DNA from: Pelomyxa schiedti
Taxonomy: Eukaryota > Protista > Evosea
Assembly (NCBI GenBank): GCA_020536535.1
Contig: JAHLWZ010000179.1
Location: 22,095-86,094 of the forward strand
Direction of reading: 5' to 3'
Length of the DNA stretch: 64,000 nt
This document shows, piece after piece, positions 36,701 through 49,870 of the stretch. Positions within the stretch are counted from its first letter, which is position 1. Every line of letters starts with the position of its first letter. Both the position numbers and the translations under genes were made by a program. A model generated the notes under the pieces. The model searched no databases and was not told the DNA's origin. It saw only the letters and a list, made by a program, of their open reading frames with translations.

Positions 36701-38178
36701 AGTCCTAAAGTGGGCCCAGAATACTGCCGAAGCTTTATCTTTCTTGCATGAAAACAAAATTCTCTACGGTACGTTGGAAACTTGACACGTACTTATCTCA
36801 AGATTCCAAGGTGACCTCAAATGCTCCAATCTGCTCCTTGTTTCAACAGCTATTGATGCTTCAGTGAATTGTAAACTAACAGGTTTCAATCTTTGTATAT
36901 TTATCGAGGGAAAGTGTAACCATTCTGTAGATTTTGGAACTGCTCGAATTGTGGACGAGATTGGTAAAGAGTGCTTTATTTCCCGAAAATTCCTCATTTC
37001 TTCTCCTAGACGACCCAAAGAACTATGTGCACCCACAAGGAACCCCAGCTTATTTGGTTTTTTTTCAAATATTGTAATTAGTGGTAACCTTCCCCAGGCT
37101 CCAGAAATTCACAGGAACGCAAAAGAAACAGAAAAGACTCGACTTAACTATGCCGTAAGTTTTTATTTCTATTGTCAAAAATGACCTTCCTTAGATTGAT
37201 GTATACAGCTTTGGAATGTGCCTGTGGGAGATGTGGTCACGTGAGGAACCCTGGAGTTCCTTACTCTTCTGGGATATTGCCCCTACAGTCATATCAGGAA
37301 AACGCCCTCATATATCATCCAAGTGCCCCGAAATGTACGCTGAATTGATGAAGCGGTGCTGGGTCGACTCTCCAAAAGAACGGCCACACTTCGACGCCGT
37401 CAACAAAGAGCTCGATTTCTGGATCAAGCCCGCCATCGAGTACGTGCGCCAGAACCTACAGAAGCTGCGCCACAACAAAGTTGCCGGGCTGGCCGTGGGC
37501 ACGGTACTCCCTCACTGCAGCGGGACTCCTACCAAGATCAGCCAAGGCTCGTCCCCAGACAACACCGCCAGCAACAGCTCCGGGTTCGCCAGCAGCGTCT
37601 TCAACTTCGCCAACAGCCCGACAAGCTCAACCGGCGCCCCGACGACCTTCTCGGACGCCAGGAGCACCCACACTGTGAACTCGGCAGCAGCCCTCACCAT
37701 CTCCCCGGCTTCCAGCAAAACGCACCGCGGGGTGACCTCCCGCGCCAAGACGGCGGCTCGCACCCGCCACGGCCGCGACAGTGACAGCGAAGGCGTGGAG
37801 CTCAGGCCTATGCCGGGGAGCAGCAGCAGCAGCCGGTCGACCAACTCTGTCGAAAACACATACCAGGCCCTCTCTTCCGACCAGCAGGATGAAATCCGCA
37901 AAATCGCGGGGACAGTCTTGGGCCACAGCAAAGCCAACCTCTTGCCGGGGGCGTCTAGCACCCCGTCCAGCGACCACACCTCCACCCCTCCTACCACTAC
38001 TACCCCCACTGACACAAATAAGTTCAAGCAGCTCGGCGCTACCCACAACATCCGCGGCCGCACTGTGATTTCCACAACAGCCACGTCAACACCTACTTCA
38101 CCAATGATGACCCCTGCTGATTCTTCAGCTGTCTCTGTCTCTTCCAATCCAGGAGAGGCGGCAGAAAACAGAGTGTAG
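33771..38178 (+). CDS. Transmembrane receptor kinase (TKL-type): signal peptide, EGF-like and CUB ectodomain, TM, MSP/Ig-like juxtamembrane domain, kinase, S/T-rich tail
   Basis: MRPHRVWPLAVGAGLLLLHCFTACA; CSLHGVCDTPRGTCVCNPGWIGADC; CSWLISPPNSYDEVMLNFT (CUB); IAIGFTVFCSILGGLIL...LYLII (TM); LATGSFG, LAIKVL, RDLKCSN, DFGTAR, GTP...APE and DVYSFGMCLWEM. Confidence 0.88.
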
Positions 38179-38336
38179 TGTAGAATAAGGAACCCTAGGC
38201 TAAAAAATTTTTGTGGGAATACCCAATGGGCAAGTCTCACTGAGGCATCTTTTCTTCATTGCCTTCCTTTTGTATTTATCATAAAAAGTTGTGTGAGAAG
38301 AAAACAGGGATTTTTTTTAGAAAAACGAAATATTAA

Positions 38337-39601
38337 TTACAAGTTCAGTACGACTGTGGTTGTTGTTGTTGTACGGCCAGAAGTGGTCCTAGTGGTTGTG
38401 GTTGTTGTGTGCCCGTCCCTGGAGGTGTTATGGTGGGTTTCTGTCTGGTGAATTATTGTGTGGTGAACTGGAGAGTACTCGCTGTGGTGGTAGTGCTGGT
38501 GGCAGTTATTGTGAATGGAGTGGTGCAAAAAGGTGGGAGTTGTTGTATTGCTGTCTTCTGATTCCGCACTTTCACTTTCGCTATCACTGTCACTTTGACT
38601 TGACTCCTCACTGCCATCACTATATGTCGAGTGCATTGAGTTCCTCTCCCCGCCATTGTCCCTCTGGAAATGTTAGGTGGTTTCTATTCCACTGAAGAAA
38701 GGTGCCTTGCCTTGGCTGGAAGGCGGTGGGCAATTTCTTCTATATCCTCTTTAACATGTGAATATTCAGGCAGACTGCGCGCAAGATCGATAGCTTTCCA
38801 AGCTTCTTTGTATTGGTGTTGCACTTCATGACACACTGCTTTGCGCATACAAGTTTTCACTAAGATCACTAATGTGAAGTTAAAAAAGTGATGTCACTGC
38901 TGTTGAAATGTACTATGATGTGGGTGTAATTCTAAAACTCTATTGCAATCAACGAGGGCTCTAGCGTGCTGACCGAGCTTCATGTAACACAAGGCTCTAT
39001 TCGCAAGAGGGAAAGGGTCCATGGGTGCACTTTCAGAAGCTAATGTGTAATACTCAATAGCCTGAGTGTAGTCAATCGAAAGCACAAAAATTAGAAAACA
39101 GCGCGGGAAATTTGGTTGCACACATGCCATTGCATATTCACTATTTTTGTAACAATCATTTCCTCTTTTTTTCAGTTCTTCGGTATCTAAGTGCTGTGAC
39201 TCGTAAGATAGTTATCTACTGTGAGGAACGTGGGCTTACCTGTCCAGAGATAGGCCTCCCCGATGCCGAACTGGGTGGTGGTTTGACGTGTGCTCCTGGA
39301 CTTGTTTGGCGTTGCTGGGCAAGGTGGTGCGACACAAGAGACCTCAGTGTCCACGATGGGTGCACGGGAGTTACGCAACCGCGGCACACCGGACACAACG
39401 TACTCTGCTCCATACATCTATTTATGCAGTACTCGCAAAACGAGTGACCGCACCTGTACGGCACAGGTTCGGTCAAACAGAGAAACAACCAACGTTAGCA
39501 ACATACGCAGTTTCGCAAGCATTCGTGAAGATCTCAGCACACACAGGACACAACAACAACGCTTCCGTTTGTCCCCCTCCGATCGTTGTAGATTGCTGCA
39601 T
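38337..39601 (-). CDS. RING-HC plus TPR protein with a S/T/H-rich tail
   Basis: Spliced MQQSTT...LLCPVCAEIFTNACETACGHSFCEYCINRCMEQSTLCPVCR; TPRs DYTQAIEYYTLASESAPMDPFPLANRALCYMKLGQHARALVDCNRVLELHP. Confidence 0.85.
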
Positions 39602-39748
39602 GACTCGCCGCTATTATCTGTGTTTGATTTGTTTGTGTGTTTTCCAGATCCTCTTTGCAACCACTCTGATCTTGAAAACATTTCTCCAAAACAAATAAAA
39701 GTAACACAACCGATTACACAGAGCCCTGCAAACAACATCACCACCGCG

Positions 39749-40250
39749 ATGGCGTCGCGTAGCCCATCACCAGCACCCCCGCGTCCCCTGCGCCCGACCC
39801 CCACCCACTTCTCGTCCTCCGTGGTCATCCCCCCGCCCCTTCCCAGCCCCTCCTCGTCCTCTCCCTCCACCACAGTGGTGACCAACTCCCCCACCCATTG
39901 GAAGCAGCAACAACAGCAGCTTGGATACGGCTACGGGTACGGTGGCGGGCCTGCGCCCCCGCCGATGCCCCAGGCGTCCATGTTTGTGACACCCAACCCA
40001 TCGCCGTACCCGTCGCCGCCGGCCACCCCGCAGCACACGCCCCTCAACTCCCCGTATACGTCGCCGTTCGCGTCTCCCCCGTCGTCGCCGTGTACCTCCC
40101 CCGTGCCCTCGCCCACGCTCATGTGTGGCTCCCCCCTGATGTCGCCCATGTCGTCGCCGCCCCTTTCCCGCCACGACTCCCCGCGGACATCCTGGGGAGG
40201 GGAGGCCTCACTGTCCTCGTCATATTCGCCCCCTCCCTCGCCCTTCGCAG

Positions 40251-40293
<43 letters not shown>

Positions 40294-42149
40294 GACGTTC
40301 ATGTCTGGGCCCGACATACAGCCCAGCAGCTCTCTATCGGCGTCGCTGTCGCCCCCGTCTACGCTGCCGTCGTTATCGACCGCTGCAGCAGCAGCTACGC
40401 AGTCACTGTCCTTGGCAAGAGTCAGCCCCAAAGAAGGTATTCATTCCTGTTCGTCATTCGCATTTATGCTGTGCTCGTGAATTCTAACTAACTTTATAAC
40501 TCCATGACGCAGATTCGACGGCAAGGTGGGCAAGGGAGTTGATTTCTTCTCAACAGCAGCTTTATGAACTTGGCAACGAAATCGGAAGAGGGGCTTACGG
40601 AATCGTTTTGTAAGTATCTTTCTGACTTAGCTTAAACTTACAACACATTTGAAGCTCTGGTGTATGCCTTCAGACTCGGGAGCCAGTTGCTATAAAGTTG
40701 ATTGAAGGCTGTTGCGAGAACGAAAACGAGTCTCGGAGATACATAAGAGAGATCAAAATAATGAAATACTTTGCGCATTCTACTCATGTTCGGATCCCTC
40801 ATAACATGCCAACAAGTGCGAGACAGCTTACTTTTTTTAGGTACTTGGACTCATTGACATTTTCCCATTGAGCGAGGGCAATCAAAAATTTGCACATATG
40901 TTTTTTCCCTCAAACTTTTCTTTCCATTACTTACTTGGAAGCAAAAACACAAGAGGTCTTGTTTCAGAACTTATGGACTGTGACCTTCGCACATTGATTT
41001 ATGACAGGGGTCCGATTTCTTCTGAACAGTGCCGTATCATAATGTACGGAATTTTGTGTGGGGCACATGAAATCCACTCTGCTTGCATTGTGCATAGAGA
41101 TTTGAGGTAATAATATATTATTACCCTGGCGATAGTCAACAATATAACTAGACCAAAGAACATTCTCATTAAAGGCAATCGTGTAAAAATATGTGATTTT
41201 GGCCTGGCCAGAGGTCAGTCACACCGCATGAGTCTACTGTCAAACCTTTCACACCAGTGGTATACTGCTCCTGAAGGTTCTTTTCACTGACCCTTTGTAA
41301 CAATTTCTCACCTTCCAAAAAATAGGTCTTTTCAACAACAACTGGTTCGCGATCCTTTTGCGTTTCAACTCTCATTTTATATAGCTACACCACTGCAGTT
41401 GATGTATGGAGTTTGGGTTGCATATTTGCAGAAATGCTTACAAACCAAATTTTATTCAAAGGCGAATCCAGACGTAAGCTGAATTCATTTCTTGTGGGGA
41501 CTAACTGTACAATAGTTGTACGGCAAGTTGAAAAGATATTTCAAGTCCTTGGAACCCCTAATGAAGAGACAATAAACCGAATTTGTGGCAAACACGAACG
41601 CGTATGCAATGCGTGTGTTATGTAAACTGCCTTACTTTCTGTAGTGGCTTGCACAAATTCAAGAGCTTCCCTTGTACCCTGTCACCCCCTTAGAAACACA
41701 TTTCCCGAGTGCCCCTCCTGATGGTAGGATATATCATGTTGCCTTTCTAATTTACCTACTGACATAAGGTATTCACCTTCTTCAAATGATGCTTGTGGTC
41801 AACCCGGCTGAGAGAATTACAACCACAGCAGCGTTGTCCCATCCTTATTTCACTGGGGTTGCAAACCTCGCTACTGATGAAAAACCCCTTGTGCGTGCCC
41901 TCCCTCTTAAAGTATTCTATTCACAGCTTACACCTTCAAAGAAACCTGCTCCAGTGGATGTACCCAGCATCGCCACCTCTCCCAAGATTCTGAAAGGTTG
42001 TGTGCTTCCCCTCAACTAAACAGCCTTACCTAGTGATAGATATGCTTTACCAAGAGTGCCACACAGTTGGTCCAGTGAGTTCAATGGGATTCCGAAGCAG
42101 GACTTCCCCTTCTTGTTGGTCTCCTTCTCCATCCCTCAGTCACTCCTGA
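39749..42149 (+). CDS. MAPK-like CMGC kinase with P/S-rich N-terminus and non-canonical activation loop
   Basis: [77 protein letters not shown] and [13 protein letters not shown]. Confidence 0.85.
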
Positions 42150-42349
42150 GCCAACCCCCTTGTTTTTTTTGTGTTGTTGTCTATAAATATTTTCTTTTTG
42201 GTTTTTCTTTTCCCAGACGCGGCCGGTCCACCACAACCTCCTCATTTCAAAAAAATTCCCGTGTACGGGTAATCGCCGAAGTGCACGAGCAAAGACCCGA
42301 TCAGCGTCGACCAATAACCAAACACAACTTGTCGTCGGTGCCAACCCCC

Positions 42350-45300
42350 ATGCACCTGATTAAGAAGAAGCTCTCCGGCAGTGGGAGCAGCACGCCGAGT
42401 TCCTCGCACCGCTCGTCGCCCTCACCCGCTCCGGCCCCTGTGTCGCCGACCCTCGGGGCGACGGGAAGCGGGGGGGCTCCACTGGGGCCTGCGGCCGCCC
42501 CCCCGCCGACCAAATCGCCTTCGCCCCCGTCCCCTTCCTTGTCACAAACTACGCCTCCCCCGACCTCCCAGACCGCTGCGCTATGTGGCATCAGCATACC
42601 GAAGCTACAACTGCCCGCCTCGACTCCCGCCTCCGCCGCGGGCAGTGCGGCTTCCCCAACAACGACGGCGTACCCCAGCAAATTCCTCAAGCTACCACAC
42701 TCCCACAACCACTCGCACTCTACCAGCAACAGCGGGGGGGCGGCTACTGCCGCAGCAGCAGCAGCAACAACAACTACTACTACCAGCCCATCATCTGCCA
42801 ACACTGCCTCCTCCTCCGGCTCCAGCAGCGCCCCTTCGTCTCCGGCCTCCAACCCCCTGCCTACTTCGCCGAGGATGTCATATAACTCCTCGGCGTTCTG
42901 TACCAGCCCACGCGTGAAGCCGCACCAGACGCGGGCATGCACTGTTGGGGACTTGCAGATGATGGTGATGGGGGGCGGGGGCTCCGGCAGGCCCCCGGCT
43001 ACCACCCGCGGCGGCGGCGGCGACAAGGAAACCTCTTCGGGGTCACAGTCCCGGTCGCCGTCCCCGGACGCCTCCCCTAGTCCCCCTTTACTCCCTGTGG
43101 ACCCCAGCAGCCCCGTCAGGTCGCCGTCCTCCAAGAGCCCTCCTAGGGACCGCGAACACGGCAGGAGTCCCCACCGTCGTGGCAAGGCCTCGGCTGCTCA
43201 GTCCCAGGTTCAGGCTCAGGGCGAAATGGGGAGGCCGAGTGGATTCATGCCTGTTTGCTTGAACTTCACCCCTGATGGTAATCCTCAGGTCATGATTAAC
43301 GGGGGAATGGGCGTGATGGAGAGACCCACCAAGCACCTTCACCATCACCACCACCGCCACCATACTACAACTAGGCACACACCAAGTACAATAATTGACG
43401 AGAATGGGGGTTACTCCAACACACATCCTCGGCGCAGGTCCTGTTCTTATGCTATACCACTCTCCCTGTCTCCTTCAATGTTTGCAAATCAAGATAGAGC
43501 AACTCCTACCCAGAACCAGACAATACTTCCTCCCTACTTGGCTCTGGCTTCCACATCCCGTGATAAGCACAGCGGCTCAAAAAGCATGCGAGCCAAAACC
43601 GGAAGCAGTAAAAGAGCCAGTGTGGGTCATGATGTATTCCCCCTTGCTGATGATGATTCTACTTATCATTTTGAACTGGGTGATCCAGAACGCACTCTGA
43701 ATATTATGGAACGACTCGGTCTCTTTTCTTGAATTACTCACCCAGTCTGTTCTTACACTCATACTCACAACAGGAGAAGGTTCCTTTGGGTCTGTGTGGA
43801 AAGCCCAGCATGACTCTGGAAAGCTTCTGGCAATAAAGAAAGTAAAAAGAAACAAAGAATAGAAAAACTTAGTACTGATGTACCTCCTTAGGTTCCAGCA
43901 GACCAGGATGAGCACATTATCTCAAAAGAAGTTTCTTCAATGAAAGACCTCTGGAATTCGTACATTGTCAGGTGGCTTTATTATCTCTTCTACTTTTTCC
44001 TAAACCTCAGTAGGTACTGGGCATGTTGCAATGTCAAGGCGGAACTCTGGATTGTGATGGGTATCTCTTACCAGTTCCTACCAATCCTTGACATTCCACA
44101 GACTATTGTAATGGCGGCTCCTTACAAGAAATAATGAAGACTTGTGGTGTATGGATTTCTTTTTGAATGACTTCCACAAACTTTCCCCAGCGAACATTGT
44201 TTGAAAACGAGATAGCCAGTGCTACATGTCATGTATTGAAAGGCTTGAACTTTCTTCATTCTGTCAATAAATTGCACCGCCACATAAAGGTAGACATTTT
44301 CCAGACGACTTTCTTCAACTACAACAAGAAATAGGCATCCAATATTCTTGTGGATGCAAATGGTATTGCTAAGCTAGCAGACTGGGAGTGCCTTGGAAAT
44401 GCAAAGCAGCAGGCCAGTATGATTGGAACACCGTATTGGATGGCTCCCGAGGTTATCATCGCCTTAATTTAGAAGCCCTCACACAAAATAGTTTATACAA
44501 GATGTAGGATGTGACTCACGAGCTGACATTTGGTCACTTGGAATAACTTGTATTGAACTGGCGGAGGTACTTTGAGTGTCTAAGTGGAATAATAATTTCG
44601 TCAGGGAGCTCCTCCACACTGGGAGGTTAATCCTATACGAGCACTGTTACAAATTCCACAGTGGGACCCTCCCACTCTTACACAGCCAGAGAAGTGGTCC
44701 TCTTCATTCAGTAGGTTTTTATCCAGATGTTTGGTGAAGAGGCCAGACCAACGGTACCCCTCTTTCTCTTTTACTCCCTTCTAAATATTTTTTTTCCCAA
44801 AAGACCTCTGAGTAGCGAGTTACTTCAGGAGCCATTTATCAAGCCAGTAGAACGTACAACCCTTATTGGTGTGTTCTTGGGTTTAAAGATGTGTACTTGT
44901 CCCCTAACTTAAAAATGCAACCAGAACTTGTGCAATATCAAGAACAGATGCGCTCACTCCAACCACCAGAAAAGACCCAACCACCCTCGAAAGAGGCCGG
45001 ACCTGCTTCATCCTCCTTGCCAGGAGACAAGGGAAGTGGAGTTCCTTCAACTCCAGTGAGTGATACCAGCGATGCAGACTTTGACATGAGTGGGCTGAGT
45101 GGCATCTGGAGCAAGTTTGTTACGGATAATCCTACGCTGGTAGGGGATGCAGAAGGTGACGAAGACGATGAAGGGGAAGATGGGGATGAAGCAGAAGATG
45201 GTGGAACCACTACCGAGGGTCAGAACTCCGATTTACAGACACCTCGTCACTCCAGCTGCCTGGAACCACAACCCAACTTGACATCCTTTGTTCCTACACC

Positions 45301-45661
45301 GGGTAGTACCGGCGTAACCCCACTCAAGCCTACTTTCATCGATTTCCGTACCGGAATTGCTTCACATTCTACTCCGGCGACAGCCACTACTGCCGGCAAT
45401 GGTACGGCATGCAATACATGTGATGATCTTAAGCACGAGAACAACCTTCTAAGAGCCGAGATTGACAAAGTAAACAAGCTCAATTCACAGCTTTCACAGA
45501 GACTGGAAGAAACAGAGGAAGAGGTTAACACTGCCAAGTCTGATGCTGACCGCATAAGAAGTGAATTCCAGAACTGCAAAAAATGGGGTACCCTACTTAA
45601 CCCTCTGATTTCATTCATTTACGTTAATAAAGATGCAGGAAACGCCGCGCTTCGTTTGTAA
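42350..45661 (+). CDS. STE20/MST-like kinase domain (probable pseudokinase) with long disordered N-terminus and C-terminal coiled coil
   Basis: GEGSFGSVWKA, LLAIKKV, YCNGGSLQEIM, LHRHIK, AKLADWE, MIGTPYWMAPE, DIWSLGITCIELAE and PPTLTQPEKWSSSFS. Confidence 0.85.
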
Positions 45662-45815
45662 ATACAATCAATACCTCTTATGTTTGAAAGCAAAGAGTTT
45701 TAACAAAAAAAGTGTATTTTACTTTTTTTTTCTTGGTTTCGTAGGTTTGTTTTGTGGTTGGGTAAAAAGGCTGCTTTGTTTTCTGTAGCCTGCACAGGTT
45801 TATGGGGTTGGTTGA

Positions 45816-47103
45816 TTAGTGTTTCTTGGAGGAAGTGGCTGCTGGAGCTTTGGTCGAGGATGGGGTCTTTGGGGGTTGTAGGATTGCTGGGGCTTGTGAT
45901 GGAGAGGGTGAGGGTGGAGGTACAAGCTTGTGGGTAGGGGCGGTAGTGGATGTAGTACTAGTTGTTACTGGAGCGGGTACAGTCTCCTTGGGGAGAGCTC
46001 CTCTGGGCTTCTTTGCCTGTGGTTGAGAAACAGCGTCGGCCTCAGCCTCGCTTTCACTGGAACCTCCACTTGTGGGATCTTCTCCTTCGCTATCGGGTTC
46101 TTCCTCATCCTCAGGCTGTTCACCTTCTTCTTCCTCATCCTTGTGTGGTGTCTCCGGGGGTTTGGTTGCCTCTTTAGACGCTTCAGCTACGGGCTTTGCT
46201 TTTGAGGCTTCTGTAGATTCAGCTGTAGAGCGCGTCAGTACAATACATTACGAAGAAGCATCTAACCGGACTCCTTTCCTTTCTTTCCCTTGGAAGATTT
46301 CTTGACTTTCTCTTCCGTTGCTTCCGATTTGGAGGCGGAATCACTCTTCCTGGGTCTGCCGCGCTTCTTTGGCGCCTCAGTGGTGTCAGATGTTGCCGTT
46401 TTGGGCTTTGTTGCCTTTTTAGGCTTGGTAACTTTTCTTGGTTTTGTGGAGGGTTTCCTACAAAAAAGTAAGCAAGCCTTTACAGGGACAGCCGGCTTTA
46501 CCTCACTCGCACGCAACCTGGCCTGTTCATTCCAGGAACCCAGTTGACATCATTGTATGCGCGCCACAAGGATTTGACTGTGGGTCTGTTTTAAGTTAGC
46601 AAACACCGAACGAATTAGAAGGGTCATACGATGAGAGGTAAGGAATCTGGGCTTGGACGGCGGCCACCACAGCTTTGGTGCTGCGGAATCTTGCAAAGGC
46701 CTCTTCGAAGACAGTTAAGTCTCCCTGTGTCCAGCATATATCCTCACTACGCTCTCGTCAAACGAAAAAACACCGAGCACAACATACATTATTTTGAACT
46801 TGGGAATCCTAAGAACGGCGGGAGATATTCCGTTCTTTACAGCGTCTACAGATTTTCGTTAGGTGTTTCCACACATGTTACAGAAAAGAGCATATGTCCA
46901 ACCGATGTATTCCTTAGCTGATTTTCGATACTCGGCGTAACTGTGCTTGATCGTCTTATACTCGTGTTTCTTTACCAACAGTCAGAGCACGATACGTACG
47001 CAATGGAAGGGGAAAAAAAAACTAGACGTACAATAGACACGACGGCGCTTTGTGCAACTTTCTGGTTTTGGGCGTTCATGGCATCGATGGCCTTTTGCGT
47101 CAT
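45816..47103 (-). CDS. Putative chromatin protein with Myb/SANT-like helix, AT-hook and K-rich/acidic low-complexity tail
   Basis: CWTQGDLTVFEEAFARF (Myb/SANT-like); KKRGRPRK AT-hook; KPKKATKPK lysine-rich segment; acidic DEEEEGE tract. Confidence 0.55.
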
Positions 47104-47272
47104 TTTGGTTGTTGTCGTCATCCCGCAGACACGGCTTTCTATCTCTACCGGGAAGAGTTTCTTTTCTTTTTAATTTTTTCCCATTTAGGATTTCTTAGGG
47201 CCACTCTGGTTAATTGCATGCCCTCACAATTGCACGAAAAGGAAAATAACAACAAAAAAGCGAGATCTGTAG

Positions 47273-49761
47273 ATGTCTACCCCGTCGCGACGCAGCCGGT
47301 CAAAATGGGACGTACCGGCGACTGCGCCGTCCACTGTGAACAACGCCTCTGCAACAACGACTACGAGATCCGCCGCAGATCTCGCTCCGGACACAAACAC
47401 AAGCAAAACGCCGTCAGCGGCATCTGTGAGCACAACAAACACCACAACTGCAACTGTTGGCAGTAACGACGGCGCAGATCCGAGTGCGACGTTGGCCTCG
47501 CCCGATGTCGTGGCGGCGCTAACGGCTGCAGTGGCACATGCCGCCTCTCTGGCAAAGGGGGTGCCTCCTGCGGGTATTTGTCGCCCCCCAATTGTGGCAC
47601 AACCCACGTGTTTCTAACTTGTTTATACGATATTTTCTCTCGCCCTCTTCCATGTAGAGTCAAATACAACGCAAGTTGCACTCACTGCTGCAGCCGCTGC
47701 AGATAGAATAAATAAACTCCTCTCTGACAAGGGATTAGTGAAGAAGCAGGTAGCCAGAAACAAACCTGTTTTTTTTTTTTTCCCCTTTTCTTCCTTCCAC
47801 CACCCAACACTTAGGTTGATGGATATTCAAAAGATATCATCATAAACGATTGCAAACCAGAGGTCAGGTATATTCTCACAAAGGGAACTACACATGAGCA
47901 GGTTTTCCAGCATTACTTCATCCCACCCCAATAACTGGTCTAGTTGTACCGTGATACAGGTGCGTCTGTTATTACCAGAGGAAAGTTTCGCAATCAGCCA
48001 TCCACCCTTGCGTCACTGTCTGAACCTGACCCCCCTCTTTACCTTCATGTGAGTGGAGAAACCCAGGAAGTCATCGAAAAGGTGCCTACCCTTGTGCAAC
48101 ACTACATACTTTCTTACGTGCACAGGCATCAGCCCAAATTGAGTCTATCATGAGCACAGGCACGATAGCTGGACTCGTTGCCAAAGTATATTTGGGGATT
48201 GAGAATCCCGACAAAGATTTTGGTGTAGTTCCTCGCATTCTTGGCCCTAAGGTTATCAATGAATATGCCCCCACTTTCTCACTCAGGTGTAGGGATCCTA
48301 TGTAAAACATATCACTACTGAAACGAGGGCCAAAGTTCAACTTCATGGACAAGGTTCAGGGTTTGTTGAACCAGGGTCCAATCAAGGTTTTTGTTTGCCA
48401 CCCATGATTTTGGATTTACACTAGAAGAGTCACCTGAGCCACTGCACATTTTGATTCAGGCCCCCACTCAATCCAGTCTCGATTCTGCAAAGGCTCTTGC
48501 AGAGAGCTTGGTTGGTCATGTACGAGATGAACATAAGAGTTATTTGTGTGTTGTGAGTGCGTCTAGTTAGCACTCACTTTTCAAAAGGGATAACAAACTG
48601 AAATCACCTGTGCCCTCACCAGTCCCTGGGGCGATGTATGAGCTTATCTCTAGTAATAACCTAACAATATTATTTTAGGGGGTATCCAATGATGCCAGGA
48701 TATTACCCATATCCGGTACAGTTCCCTTCATCTCTAGCTCTTGTCTAACATTACCACCCTTTTCTCCTTGTTTAGGGTGGATCTTTTTATCCATATCAGG
48801 TTTTTTTTGCTTCTAAGCTTGGGTTTGTGTCTTACTGCAACAGCAACCCTATGGAGTGTACCCTGGTGGATACCCCCCATATGGAGCCTACCTCCCTCCT
48901 GGACAAACACCCATGCCAACACAACCCCCAACAAATCCTTATCTGGGATACTACACACAAAATACCACACCCGCAACATCTACCTCCAGTACAACCCCGC
49001 AGCCATTACAACCCCAGCAAGATGCCACCGAACAATCACATAGTGCAACCAGTAATTCACAGAATCCACCCGCATCTTCTGAAGAAGAAGAACAATTGCC
49101 AACAAAACGAAGATTTCAAGAAAAGGAATCAGACACTAAAACTTCGGTATTACAGGTGAGTTGCAAGAAAAACCTGCTAAGGAATTTCTATCCTAGGTGC
49201 CAGGACCACAACTGCCCCCAGACGGTGTACCTATAGAAATGTACCCCCAACCAGAGGCTGAGCGCCCCAAGTCTCCTGGTAACGCAACGGACCCTCTTTT
49301 TCTTATAATAGCTTAATATTAATTGAATTAAGGAACCCATATGCACGGTGTTTTATAAATGTGTCTGTGTGATTGTTTATGTGTTAAGTGAGCAGGTTGT
49401 ACAATGAGGCGGAACAACAAAACAACTCCCTTATCCCTAATTTTTGCTAACATCCAAAAAACAAAAACCAAAAAAAATACCATCTAATGCTCCTTCTCCT
49501 CTCCCCTCTCATCTGCTTCCCTCTTACTCATTTCCTCATCATCTTACTGTTGCAGAATCTAAGAAGTCTAAGGTGAAGTACGACAAAGCCCCCAGCCAGA
49601 CAAGTACTGGGGGAGGCACTTCCCACCCCAATCACTCTCACAGCAGCCCAGGTTCTTCCCCCTCCACAGTTCCTCCACCATCCGGCCGGGCTTTCTGGGC
49701 GGTTTCCGCCGACCAAGCCTCCAACAACGGTACTCCCTCCTCGACCAACCTACACTCCTAA
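47273..49761 (+). CDS. KH-domain splicing factor, KHDC4/BLOM7/RIK-like
   Basis: RSKWDVP; DIIINDC...RYILTKGTTH...TGASVITRGKF...PPLYLHVSG; KVYLGIE...FGVVPRILGPK, GSYVKHITTETRAKVQLHGQGSGFVEP. Last exon taken as 49557-49761 from a strong pyrimidine-rich acceptor. Confidence 0.8.
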
Positions 49762-49870
49762 CAGTATTGCACTAGTTTTTGCTCCTAACACCGCCGACCA
49801 ACCCGCGAAACAACCAAAACCCCAGCTCCCTTGAACAGAGAATAAAACAATTTAAAATTCTGTTGTCCCT

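Noticed and set aside
49280-49556. Unusually long last intron of the KH gene as a snoRNA host or alternative terminal exon
   Set aside because: No convincing C/D or H/ACA boxes with terminal stems; a short alternative exon ending at 49358 is possible but unsupported.
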